Shown here: positions 48,511-59,600 of the stretch, in pieces
How the letters are laid out: the number at the start of each line of letters is the position of its first letter
How positions within the stretch are numbered: position 1 is the first letter of the stretch
Source of the DNA: Candidatus Muiribacterium halophilum
GTDB lineage: Bacteria > Muiribacteriota > Muiribacteriia > Muiribacteriales > Muiribacteriaceae
Direction of reading: 5' to 3'
Length of the DNA stretch: 64,000 nt
NCBI GenBank assembly: GCA_002869225.1
Contig: PKTG01000083.1
Location: forward strand, 74,732 to 138,731
Program-made: the position numbers and the translations under genes
Notes under the pieces: generated by a model
Database searches by the model: none
What the model saw: the letters and a program-made list of their open reading frames with translations, nothing else
What the model was told of the DNA's origin: nothing

Positions 48511-49998
48511 TTATTTGATTTGAATTCTTCCATCTTTATATGGGTTTACTTTTTTCTTAGCTTTGATGTACTTTGCAACAGCATCTTTTAACTGCAAACC
48601 ACTGATTTCTGTGAAGACCTCTTCATAATCATCAAATTTATAACCATCTCCCCCACCAAGTATGTAAGTATTTAAAGCTACAACATAGTATTCATCTTTT
48701 TCTATTTTTCTTACATCATCAAGAGTTAATCTAAAGCTATTGTTATCTGGATAATAAACAACTTTCATTCCGGATATCTGCAAAAAAGCACCACTTAAAG
48801 CAGGGTCTTTTAAAGCACTGAGAGAGTTTTTGAAAGCCTTATAGAGTTCATCACCTTTCATCTTTACTACAACGACCCCATTTTTAAAAGGAAGGACTTT
48901 TTCTATCTGAGCCATAGTTATAGGACCTTTCATAAGTGAACTTCTTATTCCTCCACCGTTCATAAGACCGATTTGGGCTTCTGAAAGTTCTTTTATTGAG
49001 TCGGATATAAGATTACCCATCTCATTCTCATTTCCCCTAACAGATTTTTTATCTACCATATAATTAGCAGTCGCTTCACCAATTACCATATCCGATAGTC
49101 TTATAACATCCTCTTTTGCTTTATCAGCAAGTTTAGCAATCTTTTTATCTTCCATCCATATATTTGATGGCTCAAGCATATCACTATCATAATATTTAAG
49201 ACGATAATCTCCATCTTTCTTCTCATAAAAAGCCCTTAAAAAACCTAAATATTTACCACCCCAACCTGCTTGAGTGACAATAGTATGATTTACAACAGGA
49301 GGATATTTTACAAGAGTATGAGAATGTCCACCTATTATTATATCAAGATCAGAAAACTGCTCAGCTATTTTCATGTCATTATCAAGTCCCTGATGGGATA
49401 TCATAACAAATATATCAGCTTTATCATGATTTTTTTTGAGTATGTCATTTACTACAACAGCGGGTTCTCTTACTTCGATTCCAAGCTTTTTAATATCAGG
49501 TGAAAACCTTTCTATCATTGTGGTTGTTATTCCAAAATAAAGGATTCTCAAATTTCCTGTTTTTACTATCTTAAATTGTTTATACAACGGTTTACCCTTA
49601 TAAAAAACATTTGCACACAGAGCTTTATCTGAAAGTCTCTTCAAAGTATTTCTCATACCGGAAAAACCATAATCAAATTCATGGTTTCCAAGTGTAAACA
49701 TATCAAGTGGAAGATTCTCATAGATAGTGGCAACTGATTCTCCAGTATCGTAGTTCGCATATAAATATCCTGAAATAAAGTCCCCTACATCTATAAACAA
49801 TGTGTTAGGAAGTGCCTTTTTGATTATTCTGACTTCATTGGCGATCCTTGCTATTCCACCCTTAAGATTTCCGTTCACATCAGCCTCAGGAAGTAGATGT
49901 CCATGGAAATCGTTTATATGCAATATCCTAACGGGTTCATAAGAAAACGTAAATATAATAGTTATCAAGATAAATACAGTAAAAAGATGCTTTTTCAT
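48511..49998 (-). CDS. Bifunctional metallophosphatase / 5'-nucleotidase (UshA family), secreted
   Basis: It has the motifs HINDFHGH and GNHEFDYG plus a C-terminal 5'-nucleotidase domain. The likely start is MKKHLFTVFILI, with GGAGG 6 nt upstream. Confidence 0.85.
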   Translation of the reverse strand: MKKHLFTVFILITIIFTFSYEPVRILHINDFHGHLLPEADVNGNLKGGIARIANEVRIIKKALPNTLFIDVGDFISGYLYANYDTGESVATIYENLPLDMFTLGNHEFDYGFSGMRNTLKRLSDKALCANVFYKGKPLYKQFKIVKTGNLRILYFGITTTMIERFSPDIKKLGIEVREPAVVVNDILKKNHDKADIFVMISHQGLDNDMKIAEQFSDLDIIIGGHSHTLVKYPPVVNHTIVTQAGWGGKYLGFLRAFYEKKDGDYRLKYYDSDMLEPSNIWMEDKKIAKLADKAKEDVIRLSDMVIGEATANYMVDKKSVRGNENEMGNLISDSIKELSEAQIGLMNGGGIRSSLMKGPITMAQIEKVLPFKNGVVVVKMKGDELYKAFKNSLSALKDPALSGAFLQISGMKVVYYPDNNSFRLTLDDVRKIEKDEYYVVALNTYILGGGDGYKFDDYEEVFTEISGLQLKDAVAKYIKAKKKVNPYKDGRIQIK

Positions 49999-50120
49999 AA
50001 AGATCCTCCGCAACAATTTTTTTCTTCAATTATAATTCAGTTATACACTTTTAGCAAATAATGAAAACAGTAAACGATAGAACTTTTTTCGTAAAGCATA
50101 AAGCGTGAAGCGAAACGGAT

Positions 50121-50319
50121 AGAACTGTGTCGATAAGGTTATTTGGCTAAAGCTAAAATATTTTTTCTGTGAAAAAAATGATGAGCTAAAGCTCATATGC
50201 TTTCCTACGGAAAGTGTTTAGGTTAGATTAAAAAAAAGTCCTCGACACTCAGAAAAGCTGAGCATTTCAACGCAAGTTGAATATACAAACGGAGTTTGTC
50301 AACGGCAACAGAGTTGCTA
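50121..50319 (+). repeat. Intergenic multi-hairpin element, copy 3 (inverted relative to copies 1 and 2)
   Basis: It is the reverse complement of copy 1 with only scattered differences. The hairpin at 50266-50281 reads TTCAAC-GCAA-GTTGAA on the plus strand. Confidence 0.7.
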
Positions 50320-50447
50320 ATCTGATTTAAAAATATTTCTGCTTCAAAATATTAAAATAATATGCTACAATTTAGGTATTATATTAAACAGTCCCTGTTT
50401 TGCTGATTATACAGTTTTACGGTTTACTGTTTTTTTTCGGAGGATAA

Positions 50448-50831
50448 GTGAAAGAACTTCAAAAGGAAGCAACAGAAATAATTTTCAATAAACTTCTTCA
50501 GGTATCACAGAGAAAAAGTCTTATTACATATTATGAGCTTAATAAGTACTTACCTAAAATGGGAAGTAAAAACTTTCTAAATCCATTTCAGCCATTATTT
50601 AACGTCCTTAACGATCTTAATGATTGGCTTAGTGATGAAGAAAAACCATTGATCACTTCTCTTGTGATCAACAGAAAGACTGGACTTCCAGGAAAAGGTT
50701 TCTTTTTTTATGCAAGTAAATTAGGTAGATACGATCAGGACCTTGATGACCTTTCACTTAGGAAAGAGTTTTGGGAACAGGAAACAAAAAAAGTTTATGA
50801 ATTTAAATGGATATTGGAGGAAAGACAATGA
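50448..50831 (+). CDS. Hypothetical protein
   Basis: 127 aa, GTG start with GGAGG upstream. No family was recognised. Confidence 0.5.
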   Translation: MKELQKEATEIIFNKLLQVSQRKSLITYYELNKYLPKMGSKNFLNPFQPLFNVLNDLNDWLSDEEKPLITSLVINRKTGLPGKGFFFYASKLGRYDQDLDDLSLRKEFWEQETKKVYEFKWILEERQ

Positions 50832-51319
50832 AAAAAACTTTAATACTATTATTGATATTTTTTACTTTAAACATATTTGCTGCTGATAATATTTTTATGT
50901 GTTTCTCTGGACTTAATACTTTCTTAAAAGAACAGTATAAGATAGAGACTCCTGATAATCAATATAATATCAATCAACTGGTCTCATTTGGTTATGAAAG
51001 GATCGGTTTAAAAGTAGATGTATCTAATTCTGATATTAAAGTATATGATAATTATGCGAAAGAATACTCCTATTCATTCAAAAACAAGACAATAATTGAT
51101 GAATTTATCGAATATCTTAAGGATAAATGGCTTCCTGAAAACTCAGTTAATCCTGTTTCATTTGACATAAAAGGATGCAATATTGAGAAGGTAGACTCTA
51201 ATTCATGCGGTATTTTTGGTAATGATTTTTATGTGACAATGAATATGGATTATATAGTTGAAGACGAGACAATAAATATAAATGAGACTAGAAAAGAATT
51301 TGTAAAATATCAGGACTAA
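50828..51319 (+). CDS. Hypothetical secreted protein
   Basis: The likely start is MKKTLILLLIFFTLNIFA, with GGAGG upstream and an ATGA overlap with the preceding gene. Confidence 0.5.
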   Translation: MKKTLILLLIFFTLNIFAADNIFMCFSGLNTFLKEQYKIETPDNQYNINQLVSFGYERIGLKVDVSNSDIKVYDNYAKEYSYSFKNKTIIDEFIEYLKDKWLPENSVNPVSFDIKGCNIEKVDSNSCGIFGNDFYVTMNMDYIVEDETININETRKEFVKYQD

Positions 51320-51320
51320 C

Positions 51321-52841
51321 TTGAACAAAAAAAAACAGCTATGTTTAATATCTCTATTAATAATCTATTTACTTTTTCTTATTAGTTGTAACAATAAACA
51401 TAGTTTTAAAGAGATCGTAAAACTGAAAGCTGTTTTTTTCTTAAAACTAAATAAACTACAGACTAAAGAGCTTAATGATATTTTTTCGGATGATTCCAGT
51501 CTAAATATCTTAAATAAAGAAATTATCCCGAAGCATGGTAAGTATATATGTCTTCCTGAAAATTCCGGATTATTCTAGGAGATTCGAGGAAATCTATTCG
51601 ATCTTAAAAATAGGATATTGACTTTCTTTGTAGTCTCAATTCAGGCGCTTGGGGAAAAAGGTTTTTTAAAAAAAAGACTCCTATTTGTAACTAAAGACAT
51701 AGAAACTATTAAATATAACTATGTTATTACTTCCTGGAATTTTGATTTTAAAATAAAAAGAAATAAAGATAAGACAATAAATATAAAATCAAAGGACCTG
51801 ACAGCCACTTTCAAACCCAAACAGGACTCAAAATACTTAAAGTTTATTGTAAGTCCCGAGATTAGTTCTGATATCTATATCAAATACGGCAATAAAAGAT
51901 CACGACAGGTTAAAATTAAAGTAGCTTCATTTGGAAATATTTATTCATTTAAAACAGATGATATATTAAAAAAAGATAATACATACGAACTTCAAATATC
52001 TGATTTTTCAACTGATCTTTCAATCGAAAAAGACTTTGATCTAGTCTTTAAACCTATAAGTACAAGAGATATGGTGATTGATATCTATGACACCATACCT
52101 ACAAAATGTAGAATTAAATGTCATGAGGATGATATTAAAGTAGTATTTCCATATGAGAAAAGCATTATTGAAAAAAAAGAAAATAGTATATATGTAAATG
52201 GGAAAAGTAATTTCAACAATCTTTTTCTTCTAACAGATAATGATTATTCCGAATTCAAGGCTTCCAACATAGATTTAAAAATATCAAAAAAGATTACAGA
52301 TCAGAATATATCTCAGAAACAGTTATCTATATTCACCACTATATTATCCGATCTTACAGATATAAATTTAAAAAATAAAGATGTGTTTGTTTTCAGTGGA
52401 AGAAGCAGCGGAATAATAGAGTATCCTCTAATACTTTTAAATCCCAAGACACTTTATAGAAGACCTGATAACACGCTTATGACTTTCAATCAGACCTTAA
52501 AAAAAAATCTACTTCATGAAATCACCCATCTATATACGGGTAAACTTCCTCATTTTAATCCATATTTTTATGAAGGTATGACTACTTTTTTAGAGTTTTA
52601 TATTTTTTCAGGATTATACAATGATGATCTTTTAAGATTCATTGACTCTGATATTACTCTTATAGATTTTAAAAAAATATCACACGGTCTGATAATCGAG
52701 AATCTTTTGAAAAGAGACGATGTTTATTATACAGGAGCTTCTTTCTTTTATTCACTTTTTAAAAAGGATAATGATATTATAAAAAAGATCTTAAATAAAA
52801 AAGCGCCTGCCGATATAGCAGACGCTTTAGATCTGAATTAA
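51321..52841 (+). CDS. Lipoprotein with an HExxH zinc-metalloprotease-like domain, interrupted by an in-frame TAG at 51576-51578
   Basis: The 85-codon ORF MNKKKQLCLISLLIIYLLFLISC (lipobox) and the 407-codon ORF (LLHEITHLYTG...YFYEG) share one frame. They read ...ENSGLF*EIRGNLFDLKNRILTFF... across the junction. The large ORF has no signal peptide of its own. Confidence 0.65.
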
Positions 52842-52853
52842 TTAACTTCTATT

Positions 52854-55838
52854 CTAATAAAAAGCTACTTTCAATAAATTATTTGTGGAATCAAAATATG
52901 ATACAACAGGAATCTTATCATTATAAAGATCCATTGAGATATATGACCCCACATTACCAACTGAATCAACATCTGTATGAATAAAATTACCTGAACCTGT
53001 ATAATCTATCGATACATAAAGATCCTGATTAACATTATCCTGATAAGCAAGATAGAATGCACCTTCCTCACCTAGCTCAAGATCTAAATAGTTTCCTGTA
53101 TTAGCAGGTGTAAGATCCATTCCCATATTGACAAAATTCCACATACCTGGTGACACATCGGCTCTTTTCATTACTATTGCATTGGAATTTGGATTAAAAT
53201 ATGCTACTACCGCCTTGTCAAATTGATCGTATTCAACATCAAAATAAGTAAATGAACTACCTGCTGCTGCGATCTCATATGTATCGACCCAACCAGGTTG
53301 CGGTACTGCCTGATCAAGACTTGTCGCTTTAGAATATATAAGACTTGTTTGAACTTTCGACATAGCTATCTTTATATTCTGACCGGCAGATGAAATATAA
53401 CCGATTTCCTGCGAATCCCAACTTACCCCGTTCCATTTAAAGAGCTGTGGACTGGTATCAGTCGCATTGTAGGCCGCAATTAAAGGAATCTCTCTTGTAT
53501 CATATACTATATCGTTAAAAAGCCCAATATCAGGTCCTGCTGAACTTACATAAGAAGAACCTGTCCATATGTCCCCAGTAGGACTTAGTATATATTTAAG
53601 CTGAGCTGCTGATGCATCATAATAGGCAACATGAATCTGATCAAAATCATCGATTACCATAGATGGTGATTGAATATTTCCAGTATCAACTGTGTTAAAA
53701 TACCAATTTTTCCTATCAAACATAGCGTATTTGATCAAGGAATTCCCAGTATCCGAGTAAACTATATGAACATTACCTTTAGAATCAATTTTAAGCTCAT
53801 CGCCTTGACAAGTTACATTATCAACTACCTGAATCTCCCAAGTGGAAATTATTCCAACTTCATTTGTTACAAATACACCATTTTCAAAATAACTTATTTC
53901 AAGTGTCGATGGACCATGTAAAGTCGGCTGGAAGAAATTGTTTCCTTCGAGCTTACCTAATCCTGATTTTATTTTAGCTTCAAGACCATAATAAACATTT
54001 CTGGTCGTTCCATCATTATACTGGACTTGCGGATTAAGCTGAGACATATAGGCACCTCTATAAGAGGAGGTCTGTATCTCATATGTATCAAATAAAAGAG
54101 AGGTTGGAGCACTTTTTATTATTACATCAGGTACAAGTAATACTCCGACTATGACTTCTACTGTTCTTGACTCAGTTATAGCTCCACCTGTGTTTATATC
54201 GATTCTATAGACACCTTCATTGACATTATCAAGGAAGTAATAACCTGAAGCATCTGTAAAAACATTATTTACAAGTGTATTTCCTGTATCGTAAACTTCA
54301 ACACTTGCTCCACCAACAGGAGTAAAGAACTGATTCCTTACAAAACCTGTTATTCTTCCTATCTGAGCTTTTGGAAGCATTATTATCTCAGGTGTTATCG
54401 TTGTTCCATTAAACACATTTGCTATAACATAAGATTGTTTTGTTCCATCAGATGCTTTAACGGTATATATACCAGGATTTACTCCACTAAATGAATAGTT
54501 TCCTGTAGCATCTGCTGTTGTACTTAAGATAATATTGTTATTTTGTGTAAGTTCAACCGTAGCACTTGGAACTGGTGTATTATCAAAATATTTTACCTGA
54601 CCCGCAATATTTCCAGGTGTAAAAGAAACACTTTCTGTATCAAGATACAATGTCATTGCAACCTCAGTAGAACCTGGAAATACAGTTGCAAGAACATCAT
54701 CATCTCTATATCCTGTCTTATCTGAATAAATGATATAACTTCCAGCGGCAATATTACTGAAAGAATAATAACCACTTGCATCTGTATAAATATTTCCTAA
54801 TGACTGCTGATTTATCCATATCTCTACACTAGCTCCTTGAATAGGTGAACCTGAGATATTTTCAAGTACATAACCTTCTATATTTCCCGTACCTGCTCCT
54901 GCTGTCGCAACATACATGACAAGATTAGGTGCGTTTATATCTTTTCTTTCAGGACTTATTATTACTGTTGGAATATAAACAGAAGAAAGACCTGTCTTAC
55001 TTGATACTATCTGATAACTTCCTGCTGCAATTCCGCTGACATTATAATCGCCATTTGAATCAGTTGTTGTTGTTCCAACAGTTGTCGCTCCGATCTTTAT
55101 TTCTACTGTAGCACCAACAATAGCATTCCCGCTCTGATCTATTACCTTACCGTAAATCGCACCTGAAATAGTTGGTACATTTAATGTCATAGAAGTAGCA
55201 GAAGTATTCACTCCAGCAGATACACTTACAGACTGCTGAAGTATCTCATATCCATATCCTGCCCACACTTCCATAGTATAGCTTCCCACAGGAACATTAC
55301 TTATAGTATATGCACCACTTGAATCAGAGACTGCCATATAGGATGTTCCAAGCAGATATGCCATTATACCGTTATGACTGGTCTTTACATTCATAAAAAC
55401 CGTACCACTTATACTTCCAGTTGCTGTAACCTGAATATTAAGTGCTGTCGGTGCTTCCTGTCTGACCGAGACTTTCATCGCCTGACCTATTGTTGTCTGC
55501 CCCTGTTTTGCCTGTATAAAGTAGTCTCCTACAGGTACATCCTTAAACTCAAAACTTCCTGTCTCATCTGCCTGTGTATATATAAGTGACGGTACATCCT
55601 TTGAAACAGCGTTTCTTACCTTTGATACCGTCAATGTCTGTCCATTTATTAAATGTTCTGCTATAACTAAAGCTCCTGCTACATCTTCACCTTTTAACGT
55701 CCCTTTTAATATCCCATAACCAGGATTTTCTGCTACTACCTGTGTGTTTCCTCCATCATCGCTTCCTCCGAAACACCCTACAAGCATAAACAGCATGATT
55801 ATTGTTGTTATAACCAGATTTCCGTATGTCCTTCTCAT
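52854..55838 (-). CDS. Large surface lipoprotein: tandem CarboxypepD_reg-like (Ig/prealbumin) domains plus C-terminal propeller-like repeats
   Basis: 994 aa with the lipobox MLVGC. It has repeated G.Y.I.NV..G.Y modules and C-terminal HVAYYD...LKY repeats. It is a paralog of 56669-59677. Confidence 0.7.
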   Translation of the reverse strand: MRRTYGNLVITTIIMLFMLVGCFGGSDDGGNTQVVAENPGYGILKGTLKGEDVAGALVIAEHLINGQTLTVSKVRNAVSKDVPSLIYTQADETGSFEFKDVPVGDYFIQAKQGQTTIGQAMKVSVRQEAPTALNIQVTATGSISGTVFMNVKTSHNGIMAYLLGTSYMAVSDSSGAYTISNVPVGSYTMEVWAGYGYEILQQSVSVSAGVNTSATSMTLNVPTISGAIYGKVIDQSGNAIVGATVEIKIGATTVGTTTTDSNGDYNVSGIAAGSYQIVSSKTGLSSVYIPTVIISPERKDINAPNLVMYVATAGAGTGNIEGYVLENISGSPIQGASVEIWINQQSLGNIYTDASGYYSFSNIAAGSYIIYSDKTGYRDDDVLATVFPGSTEVAMTLYLDTESVSFTPGNIAGQVKYFDNTPVPSATVELTQNNNIILSTTADATGNYSFSGVNPGIYTVKASDGTKQSYVIANVFNGTTITPEIIMLPKAQIGRITGFVRNQFFTPVGGASVEVYDTGNTLVNNVFTDASGYYFLDNVNEGVYRIDINTGGAITESRTVEVIVGVLLVPDVIIKSAPTSLLFDTYEIQTSSYRGAYMSQLNPQVQYNDGTTRNVYYGLEAKIKSGLGKLEGNNFFQPTLHGPSTLEISYFENGVFVTNEVGIISTWEIQVVDNVTCQGDELKIDSKGNVHIVYSDTGNSLIKYAMFDRKNWYFNTVDTGNIQSPSMVIDDFDQIHVAYYDASAAQLKYILSPTGDIWTGSSYVSSAGPDIGLFNDIVYDTREIPLIAAYNATDTSPQLFKWNGVSWDSQEIGYISSAGQNIKIAMSKVQTSLIYSKATSLDQAVPQPGWVDTYEIAAAGSSFTYFDVEYDQFDKAVVAYFNPNSNAIVMKRADVSPGMWNFVNMGMDLTPANTGNYLDLELGEEGAFYLAYQDNVNQDLYVSIDYTGSGNFIHTDVDSVGNVGSYISMDLYNDKIPVVSYFDSTNNLLKVAFY

Positions 55839-55857
55839 GTTCTCCCCCTGTAAAATT

Positions 55858-56601
55858 CTACTCAGCTACATATACGCCAGGTATTGTTTTTATTACATAA
55901 TCATCTCTTACAACTACTACTGTATAGATGCCAGGATTTAATCCTGGTATCTCATAATAACCGTCAACATCAGTTGAGGTATAGATCTCAGTGCCATCTA
56001 TAAAAACAGCAGCCCCTTCTATGGGATTGCCTGTCGTATCATCTGTTACATATCCATATATTGCTCCATCATTTCCAAACTTCAGATCATCCCACTGACT
56101 ATCATCTATAGCAATATTGTTTCCTTCATCTCCTCCAACTGCTACATCAGTTGTATAGGAAAGTGTGTAAACTCCTGAAGGATCACTTCCTAAAAGCACA
56201 AGAACATATTTCTTAGCTTCAAGATCGTCAACTACCACACCATCCTCGTTACCACTTCCAGGTGTAATATCAAACTCTCCATAATAACCACCTTCGGATG
56301 CAAGTTCTGAAGCATAATATGGACTTACTGTGAGTTGTCCACCAATGTCCTGAACATATTCTGGTGCATCAGGACTGGATACAAGATCCCATATATAATT
56401 ATAATCAACAAGAACAACTTCCATGGTAACAACATTATAAACAGCTGGCGGAGCTTTTCTTTGAACCTTTTCAGGCCAGTTCACATCCAGATTAAGTGAA
56501 AATGTATTGTTTGAAGCAGGATTTACATTAACCTGCTTAGATGCACAACCGATTATCAACACTCCTATAATTAGTATTGTAATAAATAATATATTTTTCA
56601 T
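55858..56601 (-). CDS. Lipoprotein with a C-terminal CarboxypepD_reg-like domain
   Basis: 247 aa with the lipobox IIGC. Its C-terminus is GYVTDDTTGNPIEGAAVFIDG...DGYYEIPGLNPGIYTVVV. Confidence 0.6.
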   Translation of the reverse strand: MKNILFITILIIGVLIIGCASKQVNVNPASNNTFSLNLDVNWPEKVQRKAPPAVYNVVTMEVVLVDYNYIWDLVSSPDAPEYVQDIGGQLTVSPYYASELASEGGYYGEFDITPGSGNEDGVVVDDLEAKKYVLVLLGSDPSGVYTLSYTTDVAVGGDEGNNIAIDDSQWDDLKFGNDGAIYGYVTDDTTGNPIEGAAVFIDGTEIYTSTDVDGYYEIPGLNPGIYTVVVVRDDYVIKTIPGVYVAE

Positions 56602-56668
56602 ACGGTATCCCTCCGAGTTATATTATAAAGTTTAAATATATATTTGTAAATATTCATATGCATCCTCA

Positions 56669-59600
56669 TTAATACATAATCACTAAAAGATCAGTGTTTG
56701 TTGCATCATAACATGAAAATACAGTATATTTTTTCTTAATCAGTTTAAAAGATAAATAAGATCCAACATCACCGGTTGTATATACAGTATTATATTTCCA
56801 GCTTGTATCACCAACTTGTGCATAACTGTAACCTAGATCTCCATTTACACTATCATAATAAGCGACATATATTCCATCATATTCTCCAAGTTCAAGATCT
56901 ATATAAGTCCCATTAACTGGAGTTGCCTGAGCATTCACGACATCTGTAATAGCCCCACTACTAACAGGAGTACTTTTTACAAATCCCTGCATCGCCATAG
57001 TATCATATGCAGCTATATATACATCTGAATCGCTTTCCTCAATATCAGTATAAGTAGGTGCTGTTGAAAATGTTGCTACCTCTTTTGTACTCCAAAGTCC
57101 AGTTATTTCCAAAGTACCATAGTTAAGTGCATTAAAACTCTCGTTTGCATAGGCGATTCTATATTGATGTGTATTTGGTGAAACAATCAAAGAGTTATAA
57201 GATCCAGTTATAGAAACAACATCCTCTACCGGTTCAGTCTGCCACGCTGCACCATCGTAATGATAAACTATAGGTCTTGAATTTGTTGCATCCTGAGCGA
57301 TTATCACAGGGAGTTCGTTTGTATCATAATCTATATCAATATATAGACCAACATTATCCGCAGTAGATTCAACATTTTCTGTTGCCCATCCAGCACCATA
57401 GTTGAGAGCATATTTAAGATTCGCATTTGTCACATCCTGATAAGCTATATGGACGTTATCAAAATCATCCACGACAAGATCACAATAATCACCAACATTT
57501 CCAGTTGAATCGACTGTCTCAGGTATGCTCCATGTCCCATCATAATAAGCATATTTAAGATCTGCATTTGTATTATCATAATACGCTACATGTATTCTAC
57601 CGTCTTTTCCTATGTCAAGTGATGAATACATACCAACATCATTTGTACTATCAACGACATCAACTTCCCATGTAGATGTAAACCCGAGATAAGCACTTTG
57701 AGAAATACCATTTTCTATATATTTCGCTTCAAGCGTTCCCTGTTGATGTGAATCAGTATAAAAATATGATCTTTCAAGATCTCCTGTTCCCTGTTTTACT
57801 CTCCAGAAAAGATCTGAATATACTTCATATGTAGAACCATCACTGTAATTTGCTATTCCAAATATCGAGGATAGATCTATTCCTTTAACAACACATGTAT
57901 TAATATTTGTCTGAGAAAGTGCTAATGAATTTAAGGTAGGTCTAACAAAGAAATCAGGAACATTTGTATATCCTATTATGACCTCAACAGTCCTTGACTG
58001 TGTCTGAGCACCTGTTACAACACAATCCACTCGATAGACACCTTCGTTAACCGGATTTAGATTATAATATCCGGAAGCATCAGTATTTGTTGTAGAATAT
58101 AAAGAACCCGTAGAATCATAAAACTGAACACCTGCATTATTTATAGGTAAACCGTTATGGTTTCTTACAAAACCAGCGATGTTTCCAGATCTGACATTTT
58201 GTAATCTTATATCAGGAGCAACATCTGAGGCTCCTGAATACATTTGAAACACCACAAAATTTTCATTTTCAATATCTTTTGATGCTCTTATAGTATATAG
58301 ACCAGGAGTCAATCCGGTGAAAGAATACATTCCTGAATCTGCTCCGTTTAAAGTATATGAAGCTACTACATTGTTGTTAGACATGACCTCAATTGTAGCA
58401 ACATCTACAGGAGTATTATCATAATAAAGTACCTGTCCAGTGACATTTCCAGGTGTGCTACCGGACGAATTATCAACTTCAAGTTCAGTTACACTTGCAA
58501 CTTCAGTTGTTCCAGCAATAACAGTTACAAGATACCCTTCATCCCAATATCCACTTTTGTAAACTTCTAATGCATAATCACCAGCCGTTATATTACTAAA
58601 GCTGTAATAACCGGTGGCATCTGTAAAGACATTTCCTAGAACATGCTGATTTAATCTTACCTCAACACTTGCTCCCTGTATTGGACTACCAGTTCCTTCC
58701 TCAACCACATAACCTTCTATATTTCCAGTAGCTGCTCCAGCTGTCGCAACATACATGACAAGGTTTGGTGCGTTTATTTCCTTTCTTTCGGGACTTATTA
58801 TCACCGTTGGCATATACACTGTTGTAAGTACACTCTTACTTGCATAAAGCTCATAACTTCCAGTAGTTATCCCACTTATTGTATAATCTCCATTTGCATC
58901 ACTTGTTGTCGTGGATACTACTGTTGCTCCACTCTTTAATTCTACTGTTGCTGATGCTATCGCATTACCACTTTGATCTATTACTTTTCCGTATATGTTT
59001 CCTGATATTGTCGGCTTAGTCAATGTCATCGCACTTGCACTTGTTGTAGTACCAGCTGATACACTTACTACCTGCTGTGCTATATCGTATTCATATCCTG
59101 CCCATACTTCCATAGTATAGGTACCCACAGGAACATTGCTTATTGTATAAGCTCCGCTTGCATCAGATATTCCCATATATGATGTTCCTAGAAGATATCC
59201 CATTACTCCGTTATGGGTACTTGCTCCACTCATGTTAAACGTTCCGCTTATACTTCCTGTTGCTGTAACCTGTATATTAAGTGCAGTCCGTGCTTCCTGT
59301 CTGACCGAGACTTTCATTGCCTGACCTATTGTTGTACCACCTTTTTTAGCCTGAATAAAATAGTCTCCAACTGGCACTTTTTCAAGTTCAAATGATCCAT
59401 TTTCATCTGCCTGTGTATATATAAGTGACGGTGCATCCTTTGAAACAGCGTTTCTTACCTTTGAAACCGTCAATGTCTGTCCATTAATTAAAGGTTCTGC
59501 TATAACTAAAGCTCCAGCTACATCCTCACCTTTTAATGTTCCTTTTAATATTCCATAACCAGGATTTTCTGCGACTATCGGTGTGCTTCCACCATCATCG

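Noticed and set aside
42281-50319. The hairpin arrays as CsrA/RsmA-titrating sRNAs (multi-hairpin sponges)
   Set aside because: GGA appears in only some loops of copies 1 and 3 and is not conserved in copy 2. The conserved loops are GNRA and TAAA.
42281-50319. The 8 kb block between the inverted repeats as a composite transposon or integrative element
   Set aside because: The block or its flanks contain no transposase, integrase, recombinase, target-site duplication or adjacent tRNA. The repeats belong to a dispersed family also seen at 5427-5616.
2762-51578. Selenocysteine at the TGAs or pyrrolysine at the TAGs
   Set aside because: The TGAs align to structural glycines, not redox-active Cys/Sec positions. 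The TAG sites lie in an acidic linker and a lipoprotein linker, not in methyltransferase-type Pyl contexts. No SECIS-like hairpin is evident immediately downstream, and no sel or pyl genes are in the window.
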